A stretch of DNA of 52,986 nt from an uncultured Rhizobium sp. (GTDB taxonomy: Bacteria; Bacteroidota; Bacteroidia; NS11-12g; UBA955). This document shows, one piece after another, positions 26,120-36,274 of the stretch (position 1 is its first letter; each line of letters starts with the position of its first letter). The notes under the pieces are model-generated. The model saw only the letters and a program-made list of their open reading frames with translations. It did no database searches and was not told where the DNA came from. The stretch is from NCBI GenBank assembly GCA_964592635.1, contig CAZQFZ010000004.1, forward strand, positions 1-52,986. Direction: 5' to 3'. A program made the translations under genes and the position numbers.

Positions 26120-27829
26120 TTAAAAATTACTACTCACTGTAAATCTCACCCCACTAAACGCGGGTTCCTCCCTACAAATCCCTCCGGAACAATTCACCCC
26201 TTGTTGCTGTTTCAAGTACGAAATGGTATAAAACGAATTGTTGTGATTATAACTCATAAATACAGTTGGATAATGCAAAACCTTATTTGCGATGGTCATT
26301 CGCTCATAACGATGAGGTTGAATATTTACCATGTCTCCAACTGAAAAGGATATTTTCTTAGACAAATAGTATTCTATCATCAAATTAGCAAAAGAACCTT
26401 GATCCTTAGTTGTATGTAAATATTGCGACTCTATTCTCAAACTTTTCCCTTTTCCAAATTTATGTAACCATTCAAAAAATGGTGTGATTGTTTGCACAGG
26501 TTCATATTCTGGCTCTAACTCATATCTCGCTTGATTATAAAAAATGGTTTGCAAACCCAGCTTCATTGTATGTTTTCCAAAATTTTGAATCCACTGTCCA
26601 TTATATTCTCTAAACAACTTCAACGGCTTCATGCTATTACTTGCAGAGTCATAAACACCATTGCTCGATAACGTTTGAACATAGCTTGCATTGAAAGACA
26701 AACGAGTATTTTTATTAATCTTTAAGTCCAATTCACCCTGAATTCCATTTTCACCTAAATCCTGTGCTGGTGCATTGTATCTTGCCATCAAACGATACGT
26801 ATTTTGTCGAGTCATTGAAGGCAAATAACTAATTAATCCATTTAATAATTTTTCACTTGGGGATGTTTTTAATACGAAATGATCCACATGTCTGCCCTGT
26901 AAATTCAAACCAATCGAAACTTTATTTTTACCCAACTTTAAATTCTGCTTCCCCCAACTAATATTACCGTAAAATACCTTTCCATCCTTCAAACGGAGCA
27001 TATTATCAAAATCAACTATCGCCTCTTTTGTTTTGTAATTTGCTTCACCTGAAATGGTCCAATTTCCTAAGTTGTAGTTTAAATATCCATTGAAACCATA
27101 CACGTTATACTTTGGATAAAACTGATCTTCCTTATCATACCCGTTTATAATAGTAACCAAACTCTCCATGGTCTTTAAGTCAATATTTCGATTTACAGCC
27201 GATGCACCCACCATTAAATTTCCGAATTTACCGTCTTTGCCTAAATCCAAATCACCCTCCAAATTCAACCCACTTATCGTTTGTGGTGATGTTCCAAATC
27301 TAGTTCCAGCAGTAAAATTACCTTTTTGATTCCCCGAAAATCCTTTTATTCTCCATCGATCATTCAGATCGTAAATCAATCGTATTCCCTGCATACTATA
27401 ATCTATTCCAATCTGACGTTGTTCATATGCTCTAAACAAAATTCCACTACCAAATTGATCGTAAAATGAACCTACCGTGATGTTCAAATCGTTCAGCTGT
27501 TTTGATGCCTGCCAAAAGCCAATTCCATGCTCCGTGTATGCATCCAATGGATCCAATAAAGGCGAATTATTAAAACCATCGTATCGTACAGTAAAATTAT
27601 AACCAGAATAACGATACTGCATGAACAACCAAGCATCCACGCTCGCCGTATTCTCCTTGTAAACCCTCGTGTTCGCGCCTATTTCATCATCCCGTAAGTA
27701 CTTTTGATAGTTTAATAATAAATTACCGCTAAACTGCCCCTTTTCCTCGCTGTTTTGTGTGTATCCCAAAGTGGAAATAAAACCTACTCCCAAAACTAAG
27801 ATAGCCCTTCTTACTTCTTGAATTCGCAT
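26120..27829 (-). CDS. Outer-membrane beta-barrel protein of unknown function (DUF6029-like)
   Basis: Signal peptide (MRIQEVRRAILVLGVGFISTLGYTQ from ATG 27829). Alternating amphipathic beta-strand pattern rich in Y, G and N. C-terminal aromatic residue (...VSSNF). The family name is tentative. Confidence 0.55.
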   Translation of the reverse strand: MRIQEVRRAILVLGVGFISTLGYTQNSEEKGQFSGNLLLNYQKYLRDDEIGANTRVYKENTASVDAWLFMQYRYSGYNFTVRYDGFNNSPLLDPLDAYTEHGIGFWQASKQLNDLNITVGSFYDQFGSGILFRAYEQRQIGIDYSMQGIRLIYDLNDRWRIKGFSGNQKGNFTAGTRFGTSPQTISGLNLEGDLDLGKDGKFGNLMVGASAVNRNIDLKTMESLVTIINGYDKEDQFYPKYNVYGFNGYLNYNLGNWTISGEANYKTKEAIVDFDNMLRLKDGKVFYGNISWGKQNLKLGKNKVSIGLNLQGRHVDHFVLKTSPSEKLLNGLISYLPSMTRQNTYRLMARYNAPAQDLGENGIQGELDLKINKNTRLSFNASYVQTLSSNGVYDSASNSMKPLKLFREYNGQWIQNFGKHTMKLGLQTIFYNQARYELEPEYEPVQTITPFFEWLHKFGKGKSLRIESQYLHTTKDQGSFANLMIEYYLSKKISFSVGDMVNIQPHRYERMTIANKVLHYPTVFMSYNHNNSFYTISYLKQQQGVNCSGGICREEPAFSGVRFTVSSNF

Positions 27830-27898
27830 AAAATTCCACAAATATGCAAAAAAGGGTTCACATGACCTCTAAATTAGTTGATAATGCACAAATCATAT

Positions 27899-27906
27899 TA
27901 AATTTG
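27899..27906 (+). promoter_or_regulatory. Candidate -7 box TAAATTTG for miaB (near-leaderless)
   Basis: Exact TAnnTTTG match, 7 nt before the miaB ATG at 27914. Confidence 0.5.
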
Positions 27907-27913
27907 CAAATCC

Positions 27914-29320
27914 ATGAGTACCGTTCCCAATACACAACAAACACCAAGAAAATTATACATCGAAAGCTACGGTTGTGCAATGAATTTTGCAGATAGCGAA
28001 ATTATCGCCAGCATAATGAGGGAAAACGGTTTTATTAATACTACCGATGAGCTCGATGCTGATGTAATTTTCCTTAATACTTGTGCCATTAGAGATAATG
28101 CAGAAAATCGAATTCGTGAGCGTCTTAAACATCTTAGAAACAACAAAAAATCCAACAACGATCTAATCATTGGAGTTTTAGGTTGTATGGCTGAACGCCT
28201 CAAAAGCAAACTTCTCGAAGAAGAAAAACTGGTGGATGTTGTAGCCGGTCCCGATTCCTACCGCGAATTACCCAAACTCGTTGCAGAAGTTGACCAGGGT
28301 GGCCGTGCCATTAACGTGCTTCTTTCCAGAGAAGAAACCTATGGAGATTTAAACCCAGTTCGTCTCAACTCCAACGGAATTAGTGCTTTCGTAAGTATTA
28401 TGAGAGGTTGCGACAATATGTGCAGCTTCTGTGTTGTGCCCTTTACACGTGGACGTGAACGAAGTAGAGATCCACAATCTATCCTTAATGAAGTTACTCA
28501 ATTACAAAATCAAGGGTTCAAAGAAATCACTCTGCTTGGTCAAAATGTAGATAGTTATCTTTGGTTTGGTGGGGGACCCAAAAAAGAGTTTAAATCTCTC
28601 ACTCCCGAAGAACAACAAAACTCCGTAGATTTCTCAGATTTACTTGAAATGGTTGCAAAAGCGGTGCCCAATATGAGAATCCGTTATTCAACTAGCCATC
28701 CAAGAGATATTACCGAAAAAGTGGTTTATACCATGGCTAAATACAAAAACATTTGCCATTATATCCATCTTCCTGCACAGTCAGGTAACACCCGTGTATT
28801 GGAGGAAATGAAGAGAAATTACTCGCGCGAATGGTACATGGACAAAATTACCATGATTCGCAAAATTATTCCTGATTGCGGTATTTCTTCCGATATCATT
28901 GCCGGATTTTGCACAGAAACTGAAGAAGAACACCAAGATACTCTTTCACTTATTGAATGGTCGCAATTTGATTTTAGCTACATGTACAAATACAGTGAAC
29001 GCCCTGGAACTCCCGCTGCTAAAAAACTCACAGACGATATACCAGAAAACATTAAAAGCAGAAGACTCCAAGAAATCATTTCAGTACAAAACAAAATGAG
29101 TCAGTTGAAAAACGCCCAGTATATTGGTAAAACCGTTACGGTCTTGGTGGAAGGAAATAGTAAAAAAAGCGATCAAGATTGGGCAGGTAGAAACGACCAG
29201 AATGTAATGGTAGTTTTCCCAAAAGAATCATTTAAACCCGGTGATTTAGTCGATGTCTTGGTGGAGCGTTCCACAACAACTACATTAATTGGTAGAGGCA
29301 TTGGAGTAAGCTCACTCTAA
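27914..29320 (+). CDS. miaB: tRNA-2-methylthio-N6-dimethylallyladenosine synthase (radical SAM methylthiotransferase)
   Basis: N-terminal UPF0004 cysteines (YGCAMN, NTCAIR, GCMA). Radical-SAM [12 protein letters not shown]-terminal TRAM domain. Confidence 0.95.
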   Translation: MSTVPNTQQTPRKLYIESYGCAMNFADSEIIASIMRENGFINTTDELDADVIFLNTCAIRDNAENRIRERLKHLRNNKKSNNDLIIGVLGCMAERLKSKLLEEEKLVDVVAGPDSYRELPKLVAEVDQGGRAINVLLSREETYGDLNPVRLNSNGISAFVSIMRGCDNMCSFCVVPFTRGRERSRDPQSILNEVTQLQNQGFKEITLLGQNVDSYLWFGGGPKKEFKSLTPEEQQNSVDFSDLLEMVAKAVPNMRIRYSTSHPRDITEKVVYTMAKYKNICHYIHLPAQSGNTRVLEEMKRNYSREWYMDKITMIRKIIPDCGISSDIIAGFCTETEEEHQDTLSLIEWSQFDFSYMYKYSERPGTPAAKKLTDDIPENIKSRRLQEIISVQNKMSQLKNAQYIGKTVTVLVEGNSKKSDQDWAGRNDQNVMVVFPKESFKPGDLVDVLVERSTTTTLIGRGIGVSSL

Positions 29321-29355
29321 TAATTCACCCTACTTAGATTAACTAATCTAATCTA

Positions 29356-29730
29356 TCAATACACTTTTTTTGATTTTTTAGAATGAATATACTTAAGTGC
29401 TATATCTTCTCCTAATGTAGAACAAATTTGTTTATACCGTGTATCTTTGGCTTTCTGAATTTCTTCAAGAAGTACAGATTTTACGTGAGGATAATCGTGT
29501 TTTGCTTTTGATTTGCTCTGTTCGTATTCCAACTCAATATCCAATAAATGTCTTAATTGACTATCTGTTAAACGATTATGTTTTGAAAAGTGAATTACTT
29601 TGCTAGTAGCATTGACATTTTCTTTAGAACCAGTTTTTACATTATATTTCAACCATTCCGGTGTGTAAAAATCTCTACCAGAAATCGAAAACCCAAAAAA
29701 GTTTTTGATAATATCGATCAATTTATTCAT
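29356..29730 (-). CDS. Hypothetical protein (124 aa, basic, predicted helical, no TM or signal)
   Basis: An isolated ORF between convergent miaB and co-directional tdh, with a 138-bp AT-rich upstream gap. I recognise no motif. Confidence 0.45.
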   Translation of the reverse strand: MNKLIDIIKNFFGFSISGRDFYTPEWLKYNVKTGSKENVNATSKVIHFSKHNRLTDSQLRHLLDIELEYEQSKSKAKHDYPHVKSVLLEEIQKAKDTRYKQICSTLGEDIALKYIHSKKSKKVY

Positions 29731-29868
29731 TCCTCTAATTAATATACTTAAAAATAACCGCCTGAAGAGAAATGAAGTTTAGGAACTGATTCACAGAGTA
29801 TAGACGATTTCAGTGAACAAAATTAACGATGTTTTTATAATTTAGCAATACCAATTTTTAGCTAAATT

Positions 29869-30825
29869 TCAAAAATACAATTGCTTGATGTTTAAAAGCA
29901 TATCGGTTGTCATATCCTCCAAGTTAAATTCTGGTTTCCAACCCCAATGCTCACGTGCAATGCTATCGTCTATTACAGCCGGCCATGAATTGGCAATTTG
30001 CTGTCTGTAATCCGGTTTGTATTCTATTTTAAAATCAGGTAAATGTTGTTGAATACTCGCTGCTATCTCTTCAGGAGCAAAACTCATTCCCGCTAAATTG
30101 TAACTCATTCTCATTTTAATTTGGTCGGCCGGCGCATGCATCACTTCTAATGTAGCCTTTAATGCATCAGGCATGTATAGCATAGGTAGTGTTGTGCCCT
30201 CTCCCAAAAAACAAGTGTGCGTTCCATCTCTTAGGGCATCGTGATAAATAGCAACGGCGTAGTCAGTAGTTCCTCCCCCGGGCAAAGATTTATAACCTAT
30301 TAAACCTGGATAACGTAAACTACGCGTATCAACACCATATCGATTGAAATAATATTGAATATACAGCTCACCCGTATATTTAGTAATGCCATATACTGTA
30401 GTAGGATCCATTGGGCCATACTGTGGAGTATCAAATCTCGGTGTGTTAGGTCCAAATGCAGCAATACTGCTCGGCCAATAAACCCTACTAATCGATTTAT
30501 CTTCTTTTGCCGCGTCCAAAACATGAAACAACCCATCCATATTTAATTTCCACGCAAACTCAGGATTTTTTTCAGCTGTTGCACTTAACAATGCGGCTAA
30601 ATGATAAATATGAGTGGGTTTATATTTGCGTAAAACTTCTGTAAAACGTGGTTTGTCTAATATATCCAACTCTTCGAATGGTCCTCCGTCAAATACCGGA
30701 TTATCGGCCTTTCGCAAATCCGATGCAATTACATTGGCATCACCATAAATTCCTCTTAATGATTCAACCAGTTCAGTGCCCAATTGACCACAAGAACCTA
30801 TGATTAAAATCTTTTCCGTACCCAT
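29869..30825 (-). CDS. tdh: L-threonine 3-dehydrogenase, SDR/epimerase-like type
   Basis: N-terminal Rossmann ILIIGSCGQLGTEL. Also LSATAEKNP, VYGITKYTGE (YxxxK), PGGGTTDYAV and QQIANSWPAVIDDS. This closely resembles the UDP-glucose-4-epimerase-like TDH family of Flavobacteria. Confidence 0.75.
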   Translation of the reverse strand: MGTEKILIIGSCGQLGTELVESLRGIYGDANVIASDLRKADNPVFDGGPFEELDILDKPRFTEVLRKYKPTHIYHLAALLSATAEKNPEFAWKLNMDGLFHVLDAAKEDKSISRVYWPSSIAAFGPNTPRFDTPQYGPMDPTTVYGITKYTGELYIQYYFNRYGVDTRSLRYPGLIGYKSLPGGGTTDYAVAIYHDALRDGTHTCFLGEGTTLPMLYMPDALKATLEVMHAPADQIKMRMSYNLAGMSFAPEEIAASIQQHLPDFKIEYKPDYRQQIANSWPAVIDDSIAREHWGWKPEFNLEDMTTDMLLNIKQLYF

Positions 30826-30934
30826 AATTATATTTTCTGCAAAATAGGTACTTCAAAACGGATTTTCAAAACTTATTGTAAATAAGTCCACACCTTTATC
30901 CAAAGTTTCGCATTTTTGCCATAGAATTTCATCT

Positions 30935-31978
30935 ATGACCATTTTTTTTTCTCCTGATTCATATCCCCCCATCGGTTTTGCCATAATTGGTTTTGGCCAC
31001 ATAGGTCAGAAACATGCTCATAGTATTTTGAAAAATCCTAAAGCAAAACTCATCGGCGTGTACGACTCGGATCCCCAAAAAATAGAAATTGCTCATCACC
31101 AAAATATAGAGAATTTCAATTGTTATCAAGAACTATTAGATAACCAAAACGTTAAGATAATCTGCGTATGTACTCCCAATGGTTTTCATGCTGAGCAAGC
31201 ACAATCAGCTTTGTTGGCCGGAAAACACGTGATTATTGAAAAACCCATGACATTGAATTCATTCCACGCTGATAAAATAATTGAACTTGCGAAACTTACC
31301 AATAAACATGTATTCTGTGTGATGCAAAATCGCTATTCTCCAGTAGCAACTTGGTTAAAGGAAATTATCAATCTTCCCATTTTAGGGGATATCTACTCCG
31401 TTTCAGTGCTTTGCGCTTGGAATAGAGATGAAAGATACTATAAACCCAATCACTGGCATGGTAGTTTGCACCTCGATGGTGGACCTTTATTTACTCAATT
31501 TTCTCATTTTGTTGACCTCATGTATTGGCTTTTTGGTGATTTAAGTATTGGCAAAACTGAGTTTTACAATTTCAATCATAAACATCTTACCGAATTTGAA
31601 GATTCAGGTTTTTTTACATTCTGTTCGCCTAAGTTCAATTTACTTAAAGGCATTTTTCATTACACCACATCTGTTTACAATTCCAACTTTGAATCTAGTA
31701 TCAACATCATCGCTCAAAATGGAACTATTAAAGTAGGTGGTCAGTACATGAATGAAATACAGTTCTGCCAAATCAAAGATTATCAGCTTCCCGATTTAGA
31801 CCCTACACCTCCACCAAATCAATACGACGGCTACCAAGGTTCTGCATCTAACCACCATTTTGTAATTCAAAATGCCATTAATACTTTACTGAATTTGGAA
31901 TCTCCTAAAACTCCGGCAAATGAAGGCCGAGATGTGGTAAAAATCATTGAATCCATTTACAAAAATCGAATTTTATAA
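30935..31978 (+). CDS. Gfo/Idh/MocA family NAD(P)-dependent oxidoreductase
   Basis: N-terminal GFAIIGFGHIGQKHA Rossmann fold. EKP motif (VIIEKPM). C-terminal alpha/beta dimerisation domain. Confidence 0.85.
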   Translation: MTIFFSPDSYPPIGFAIIGFGHIGQKHAHSILKNPKAKLIGVYDSDPQKIEIAHHQNIENFNCYQELLDNQNVKIICVCTPNGFHAEQAQSALLAGKHVIIEKPMTLNSFHADKIIELAKLTNKHVFCVMQNRYSPVATWLKEIINLPILGDIYSVSVLCAWNRDERYYKPNHWHGSLHLDGGPLFTQFSHFVDLMYWLFGDLSIGKTEFYNFNHKHLTEFEDSGFFTFCSPKFNLLKGIFHYTTSVYNSNFESSINIIAQNGTIKVGGQYMNEIQFCQIKDYQLPDLDPTPPPNQYDGYQGSASNHHFVIQNAINTLLNLESPKTPANEGRDVVKIIESIYKNRIL

Positions 31979-32045
31979 TTTTTTTTACTTTTTTTTGGGG
32001 GATATTTAACTCTTTGTTGTTATAGCGTAGGTTAACCCAAATTTC

Positions 32046-32228
32046 ATGAAAGAACAATTGGAATCAAACGCACTAACTAAATATGCGGCTGGCCTAATGG
32101 AAGCTGATGAACTGCAGATTTTAGAAGAATGGCTAAGAGAAAATCCTCAATATTTAAATACCTTAGCTTTAATTCAACAGCAAGTTAGGGCAATGGCAAC
32201 AGAATTTGAAATAGTTTTAAACAATTAA
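32046..32228 (+). CDS. Small ORF corresponding to the cytoplasmic N-terminal (anti-sigma) segment of FecR-family proteins
   Basis: LTKYAAGLMEADELQILEEWLRENPQYLNTL resembles the KYL.G.L...E...LE.WL...P.N opening of Bacteroidota FecR proteins. It ends with TAA 4 nt before the next ATG, which is in a different frame. Confidence 0.5.
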   Translation: MKEQLESNALTKYAAGLMEADELQILEEWLRENPQYLNTLALIQQQVRAMATEFEIVLNN

Positions 32229-32232
32229 ATCC

Positions 32233-33093
32233 ATGAATCACAATAATAAACTTCCCGACTCCTTGAACGAATTTCAGGATATTTGGAATCTTTCCAAAAA
32301 TTATTCCCCAAAGGAAGCACAATCCAACGATGAATCATGGGCAAAACTACAAGAAAAACTTGCTAAGCCTCATTCCAATTACTCAACTTCATCGCCAAAA
32401 TCAACTTTGAAAATTAGCTATGTAAAATGGATTTCAGTTGCTGCCGCAATTACTATCTTCGCCATTTCCGGCTTACTGTTCTTCAATCAAAAACAACAAA
32501 TCATTTCAGGTGTTTTCACAACTAAAAATGAAATTAAATCCTTTCAGCTTTCCGACGGATCTACCGTGGTATTAGCAGCTAACTCAAGTGTACATTTCTC
32601 CTTCTCAAATAATAAAAGAGAAATACAATTATCAGGAAAAGCACGGTTTGAAGTAGCAAAAGACTCCACTAAACCATTTTCCGTTGTATTTAACTCTAAC
32701 AAAATTACCGTGCTAGGAACTGGTTTCGATATCAATGCCTACAACAAAAACAAACAATACGTTTTTGTAAATCATGGTAAAGTAAAACTAGAATCTGAAT
32801 CTGAAGAACTAATCCTGACTAAAAATTTGGGTGCCAACATTCAACTAGGTAAAATTACAGGGTACTCCGCGCCTCAAAATCCCGTTGATTGGAATAAAAA
32901 TAACTTGCGTTTCAGCAATGCAAATCTAGAACTAGTTCTCTCAACTCTGTCTGAAACATTCCAAAAAGAGTTTTTCTGTGCTTCAGCCGATTCTAATTTA
33001 AAATTTAGTGGTTCATTCGACTTAAGTCAAAATCCTACTGAAATTGCTTTGATAATTTCAAAAGCACTAAATACAACCGTTTCAGTAAAATAA
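32233..33093 (+). CDS. FecR family protein (TM anchor, FecR domain, DUF4974-like C-terminus) lacking the usual N-terminal segment
   Basis: FQDIWNLS...ESWAKLQEKL, then the TM helix WISVAAAITIFAISGLLFF, then the FecR core QLSDGSTVVLAANSSVHF...GKARFEVAKD...PFSV...VLGTGFDINAY. The C-terminus is LRFSNANLELVLSTLSETF. Confidence 0.8.
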   Translation: MNHNNKLPDSLNEFQDIWNLSKNYSPKEAQSNDESWAKLQEKLAKPHSNYSTSSPKSTLKISYVKWISVAAAITIFAISGLLFFNQKQQIISGVFTTKNEIKSFQLSDGSTVVLAANSSVHFSFSNNKREIQLSGKARFEVAKDSTKPFSVVFNSNKITVLGTGFDINAYNKNKQYVFVNHGKVKLESESEELILTKNLGANIQLGKITGYSAPQNPVDWNKNNLRFSNANLELVLSTLSETFQKEFFCASADSNLKFSGSFDLSQNPTEIALIISKALNTTVSVK

Positions 33094-33115
33094 TCAAGTT
33101 TATGCAATATTCTTT

Positions 33116-33156
33116 AAGTGCCATTTGCTTAGCAGCAAATGGCACTTACTTTTTCA
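33116..33156 (+). terminator. Strong intrinsic terminator after the FecR gene
   Basis: A perfect 14-bp stem, AAGTGCCATTTGCT (33116-33129) with AGCAAATGGCACTT (33134-33147), has a 4-nt loop and is followed by ACTTTTTC. Confidence 0.75.
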
Positions 33157-33169
33157 TAACTTTGTTAAT

Positions 33170-36100
33170 ATGCGGGTGCTAATTCGTTTTCCCTTTATCC
33201 TTATTTGGATTGGATCTTTTTTGGGATCTTCCATTTCCCTTTATTCGCACTCCTCTCCCACAGCCTTTATTCCAAATAAAGGTCAAATTCTTACGCCCAA
33301 TAATATCAACCCACCCATTGCTTATATCAACCTCCCTACCGCAAATGTTTACCTTCATACAAACGGCTTAAGAATCACTGCAACCCATCCGCAAGACTTT
33401 CCCAAAATCCATAAATCATTCCATTTTCAAGGTACCGACAGCCAATTTACTATTCGTAAACAAGTCTTTGACCTCCGGTTCATCAACAGTTTAACTCCTT
33501 CAGAAATTCAATTTCAACAACCCCAAAATTATTACCTGAATTTTTATTTGTCTAATGATCCAGATAAATGGCTTACCAACGTTCAATCCTTTCAAAAAAT
33601 TATCCTTAAAAATGTCTATTCCAAAATTGATTTTGTTATTTATACTTCCCAAAATTCCATTGAGTTTGATTGGATAATCCACCCTGGTGCAAATCCCAAT
33701 CAAATTCAAATAAAAGCCGATAACTACTGCTCCGTTATAATCAATGACGATTCCATTTCTTTTGTTGGCAAAAATGCTTCTTTTCAACTCAATGCTCCTA
33801 AAGCATATTCTAAACTGCCTATTGTTAATAAATCAGTTTCCAACAATACCTCAAACCCCTTCAACATCAATTGCCATTATAAAAAACTAAAAAACAATAC
33901 CATCGCCTTCAAATTAGGCTCTTTTAACCCTAATGATACCCTAGTTATCGACCCAGTATTGGTTTTTAGCACTTACAGCGGTTCAAGTGCCGACAATTTT
34001 GGATTCACCGCAACCTACGATACCGCAGGTTGTTTGTATGCTGGTGGCATTGCTGATGCTGAATTCAGAAACTATCCCGTTACCGTTGGTGCATTTCAAA
34101 CCGTTTATGGGGGAAGCGTGAACGGTTCTGAACCCGTTAACTTACCCTGCGATATTACCATCAACAAATATTCTCCCGACGGAAGCAAACTTATTTTTTC
34201 CACTTTTCTAGGTGGAAACGACAACGAATACCCACACAGTCTTTGTACCGATCACCAAAACAACCTGTTGGTTTTTGGTTCCTCTGAATCTAAAGATTTC
34301 CCGATTCACCAAGATTCTTTTATTTCAAAATCACATTCCGGCGGTTATGATATCATCGTAACCAAATTCAATTTCTCCGGTTCGCAGTTATTAGGTAGTA
34401 CTTTTCTTGGTGGACCCCGTGAAGACGGTTTCCAATCCAATTCCACCAGCAACAAAAGTGCACTACTCTATAACTATGCTGATAATTACAGAGGTGATAT
34501 AAACATAGATTATGATGGAAATGTGTATTTAGCCACTTGCTCCAGAAATACTTCATTCTCATGGCTCACAAACGGATTTCAAACATCAAACGCAGGAAGA
34601 ACCGATGCGCTTGTAATTGCCTTATCACCCAATTTAAGTAAATTGCGTTGGGCCTCGTTTTTCGGCGGATCTGCTGACGATGCAGCCTATTCGTGTCGTT
34701 TCGATGATAGTGGCAACCTATTTATCGGTGGAGGAACTAACTCAAGTAACTTCCCTATCATAAACCCAGATTCTGCATTCAATGGAAAATCAAACGGCGG
34801 TATCGATGGTTTTATCCTCAAATTAAATAAAGACAATGGCAATTATAAAGCAGGTAGCCATTGGGGAACTGACGTCTATGATCAAATTTATTTTATCGAT
34901 TTAGATCCAGATAATAACGTTTATTTTACCGGTCAAACTGAAGGGCTAGTGAGCAGAAGTCCCAATACTTACGGACAAGATAACGCTCCCCAATTTATTG
35001 GCAAGCTCGACAATAATCTTAGAAAACTTGATTTCATCACTACTTTTGGAACTCCATTTCGCTTTTCCGCCAATTTGAGTCCCTCCGCATTCATGGTAGA
35101 TGATTGCTACAATATCTATTTTTCCGGTTGGGGATCTTTTGTTGGTGTTGGAAACATTGGAACTACGATCGACTTAGAAACCACTCCAGATGCACACCAA
35201 TTAACAACCGACGGAGATGATTTTTATTTGCTGGCCTTGAATCGAGATGCTAAGGCTCTTCAATATGCTTCATTTTTCGGGGGAAATCAGAGCGCAGATC
35301 ATGTAGACGGGGGTACTTCCCGATTCGATAAACGCGGTATTGTTTACCAATCCGTTTGCGCATCTTGCCCAGAATCTCCACCCGGTTTAAATGATTTTCC
35401 AACCACACCCAAAGCAGTTTTTCCCAATAACGTAAGTGTTCGTTGCTCAAATGCCAGTTTTAAATTGGATTTCCGCTTGGGATATTCCGTCGATGCCGCT
35501 TTCAGCACAACACAAAAACTCTGTTTAAAACAAGAGAGTCAATTTACACCAATTAATAAATACAATGCCCAATATCATTGGGATTTTGGAGATGGTGATA
35601 CATCAAACGAATTCAACCCATCCCATACGTTTAAAAAAACAGGCAAATACAGAGTCACCCTTACGGTTACAGATCCAAGTAGCTGTAACGTTTCTGCCAA
35701 ATTTTCAAGAGAAATTTCCGTAATCGAGTCTCCTGAAGGAAAATTTATTGCTGAAATTAGTTCTTGCGTTCCAGGAATTCAATTCACCGCAATTGCAAGC
35801 CAATTCGACTCCATTTTTTGGAATTTAGGCGATGGATCCCCTGTGGTCATTAACCAAAATCCCATATCCCATCAATATCCAGAAACAGGTCAAATCTACT
35901 CATGTACCGCCATTTTTAAAAATTCAATCACTGGTTGTAAAGATACTTTCAATTTGATTCTTACCGACACCTCGTTTAAACCTGTTGAATTAAAAATTGC
36001 CAATGTTTTTACTCCAAATAGCGATGGATTAAACGACTGTTTTAAAGTGTACGGTTTAAATAATAAATGCGATAATTTTGAGTTACGCATTTTCAATCGT

Positions 36101-36274
36101 TGGGGTGTAAGAGTATATTTTACCAACGACGCTACAGATTGTTGGAATGGTAGAGTAGATAACAGTGGACCTAAAGTTCCTTCAGGTACCTATTTCTATA
36201 TTTTAGATATTTTCGAATCTTCCAACTCTACCTTCCCCAAAAAACTCAACGGCAGTATTAATGTGATTAATTGA
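33170..36274 (+). CDS. Secreted SBBP beta-propeller-repeat protein with PKD domain and T9SS type-B C-terminal sorting domain
   Basis: Signal peptide from ATG 33170 (MRVLIRFPFILIWIGSFLG). Repeated (S/T)F(L/F)GG...D blades occur (TFLGGNDNEY, TFLGGPREDG, SFFGGSADDAA, SFFGGNQSAD). PKD signature HWDFGDGDTSNEFNPSHTFKKTGKYRVTLTVTD. CTD is VFTPNSDGLNDCFKVYG...IFNRWGVRVY...CWNGR...PSGTYFYIL. The ORF-track start at 33125 lies inside the terminator hairpin. Confidence 0.85.
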   Translation: MRVLIRFPFILIWIGSFLGSSISLYSHSSPTAFIPNKGQILTPNNINPPIAYINLPTANVYLHTNGLRITATHPQDFPKIHKSFHFQGTDSQFTIRKQVFDLRFINSLTPSEIQFQQPQNYYLNFYLSNDPDKWLTNVQSFQKIILKNVYSKIDFVIYTSQNSIEFDWIIHPGANPNQIQIKADNYCSVIINDDSISFVGKNASFQLNAPKAYSKLPIVNKSVSNNTSNPFNINCHYKKLKNNTIAFKLGSFNPNDTLVIDPVLVFSTYSGSSADNFGFTATYDTAGCLYAGGIADAEFRNYPVTVGAFQTVYGGSVNGSEPVNLPCDITINKYSPDGSKLIFSTFLGGNDNEYPHSLCTDHQNNLLVFGSSESKDFPIHQDSFISKSHSGGYDIIVTKFNFSGSQLLGSTFLGGPREDGFQSNSTSNKSALLYNYADNYRGDINIDYDGNVYLATCSRNTSFSWLTNGFQTSNAGRTDALVIALSPNLSKLRWASFFGGSADDAAYSCRFDDSGNLFIGGGTNSSNFPIINPDSAFNGKSNGGIDGFILKLNKDNGNYKAGSHWGTDVYDQIYFIDLDPDNNVYFTGQTEGLVSRSPNTYGQDNAPQFIGKLDNNLRKLDFITTFGTPFRFSANLSPSAFMVDDCYNIYFSGWGSFVGVGNIGTTIDLETTPDAHQLTTDGDDFYLLALNRDAKALQYASFFGGNQSADHVDGGTSRFDKRGIVYQSVCASCPESPPGLNDFPTTPKAVFPNNVSVRCSNASFKLDFRLGYSVDAAFSTTQKLCLKQESQFTPINKYNAQYHWDFGDGDTSNEFNPSHTFKKTGKYRVTLTVTDPSSCNVSAKFSREISVIESPEGKFIAEISSCVPGIQFTAIASQFDSIFWNLGDGSPVVINQNPISHQYPETGQIYSCTAIFKNSITGCKDTFNLILTDTSFKPVELKIANVFTPNSDGLNDCFKVYGLNNKCDNFELRIFNRWGVRVYFTNDATDCWNGRVDNSGPKVPSGTYFYILDIFESSNSTFPKKLNGSINVIN

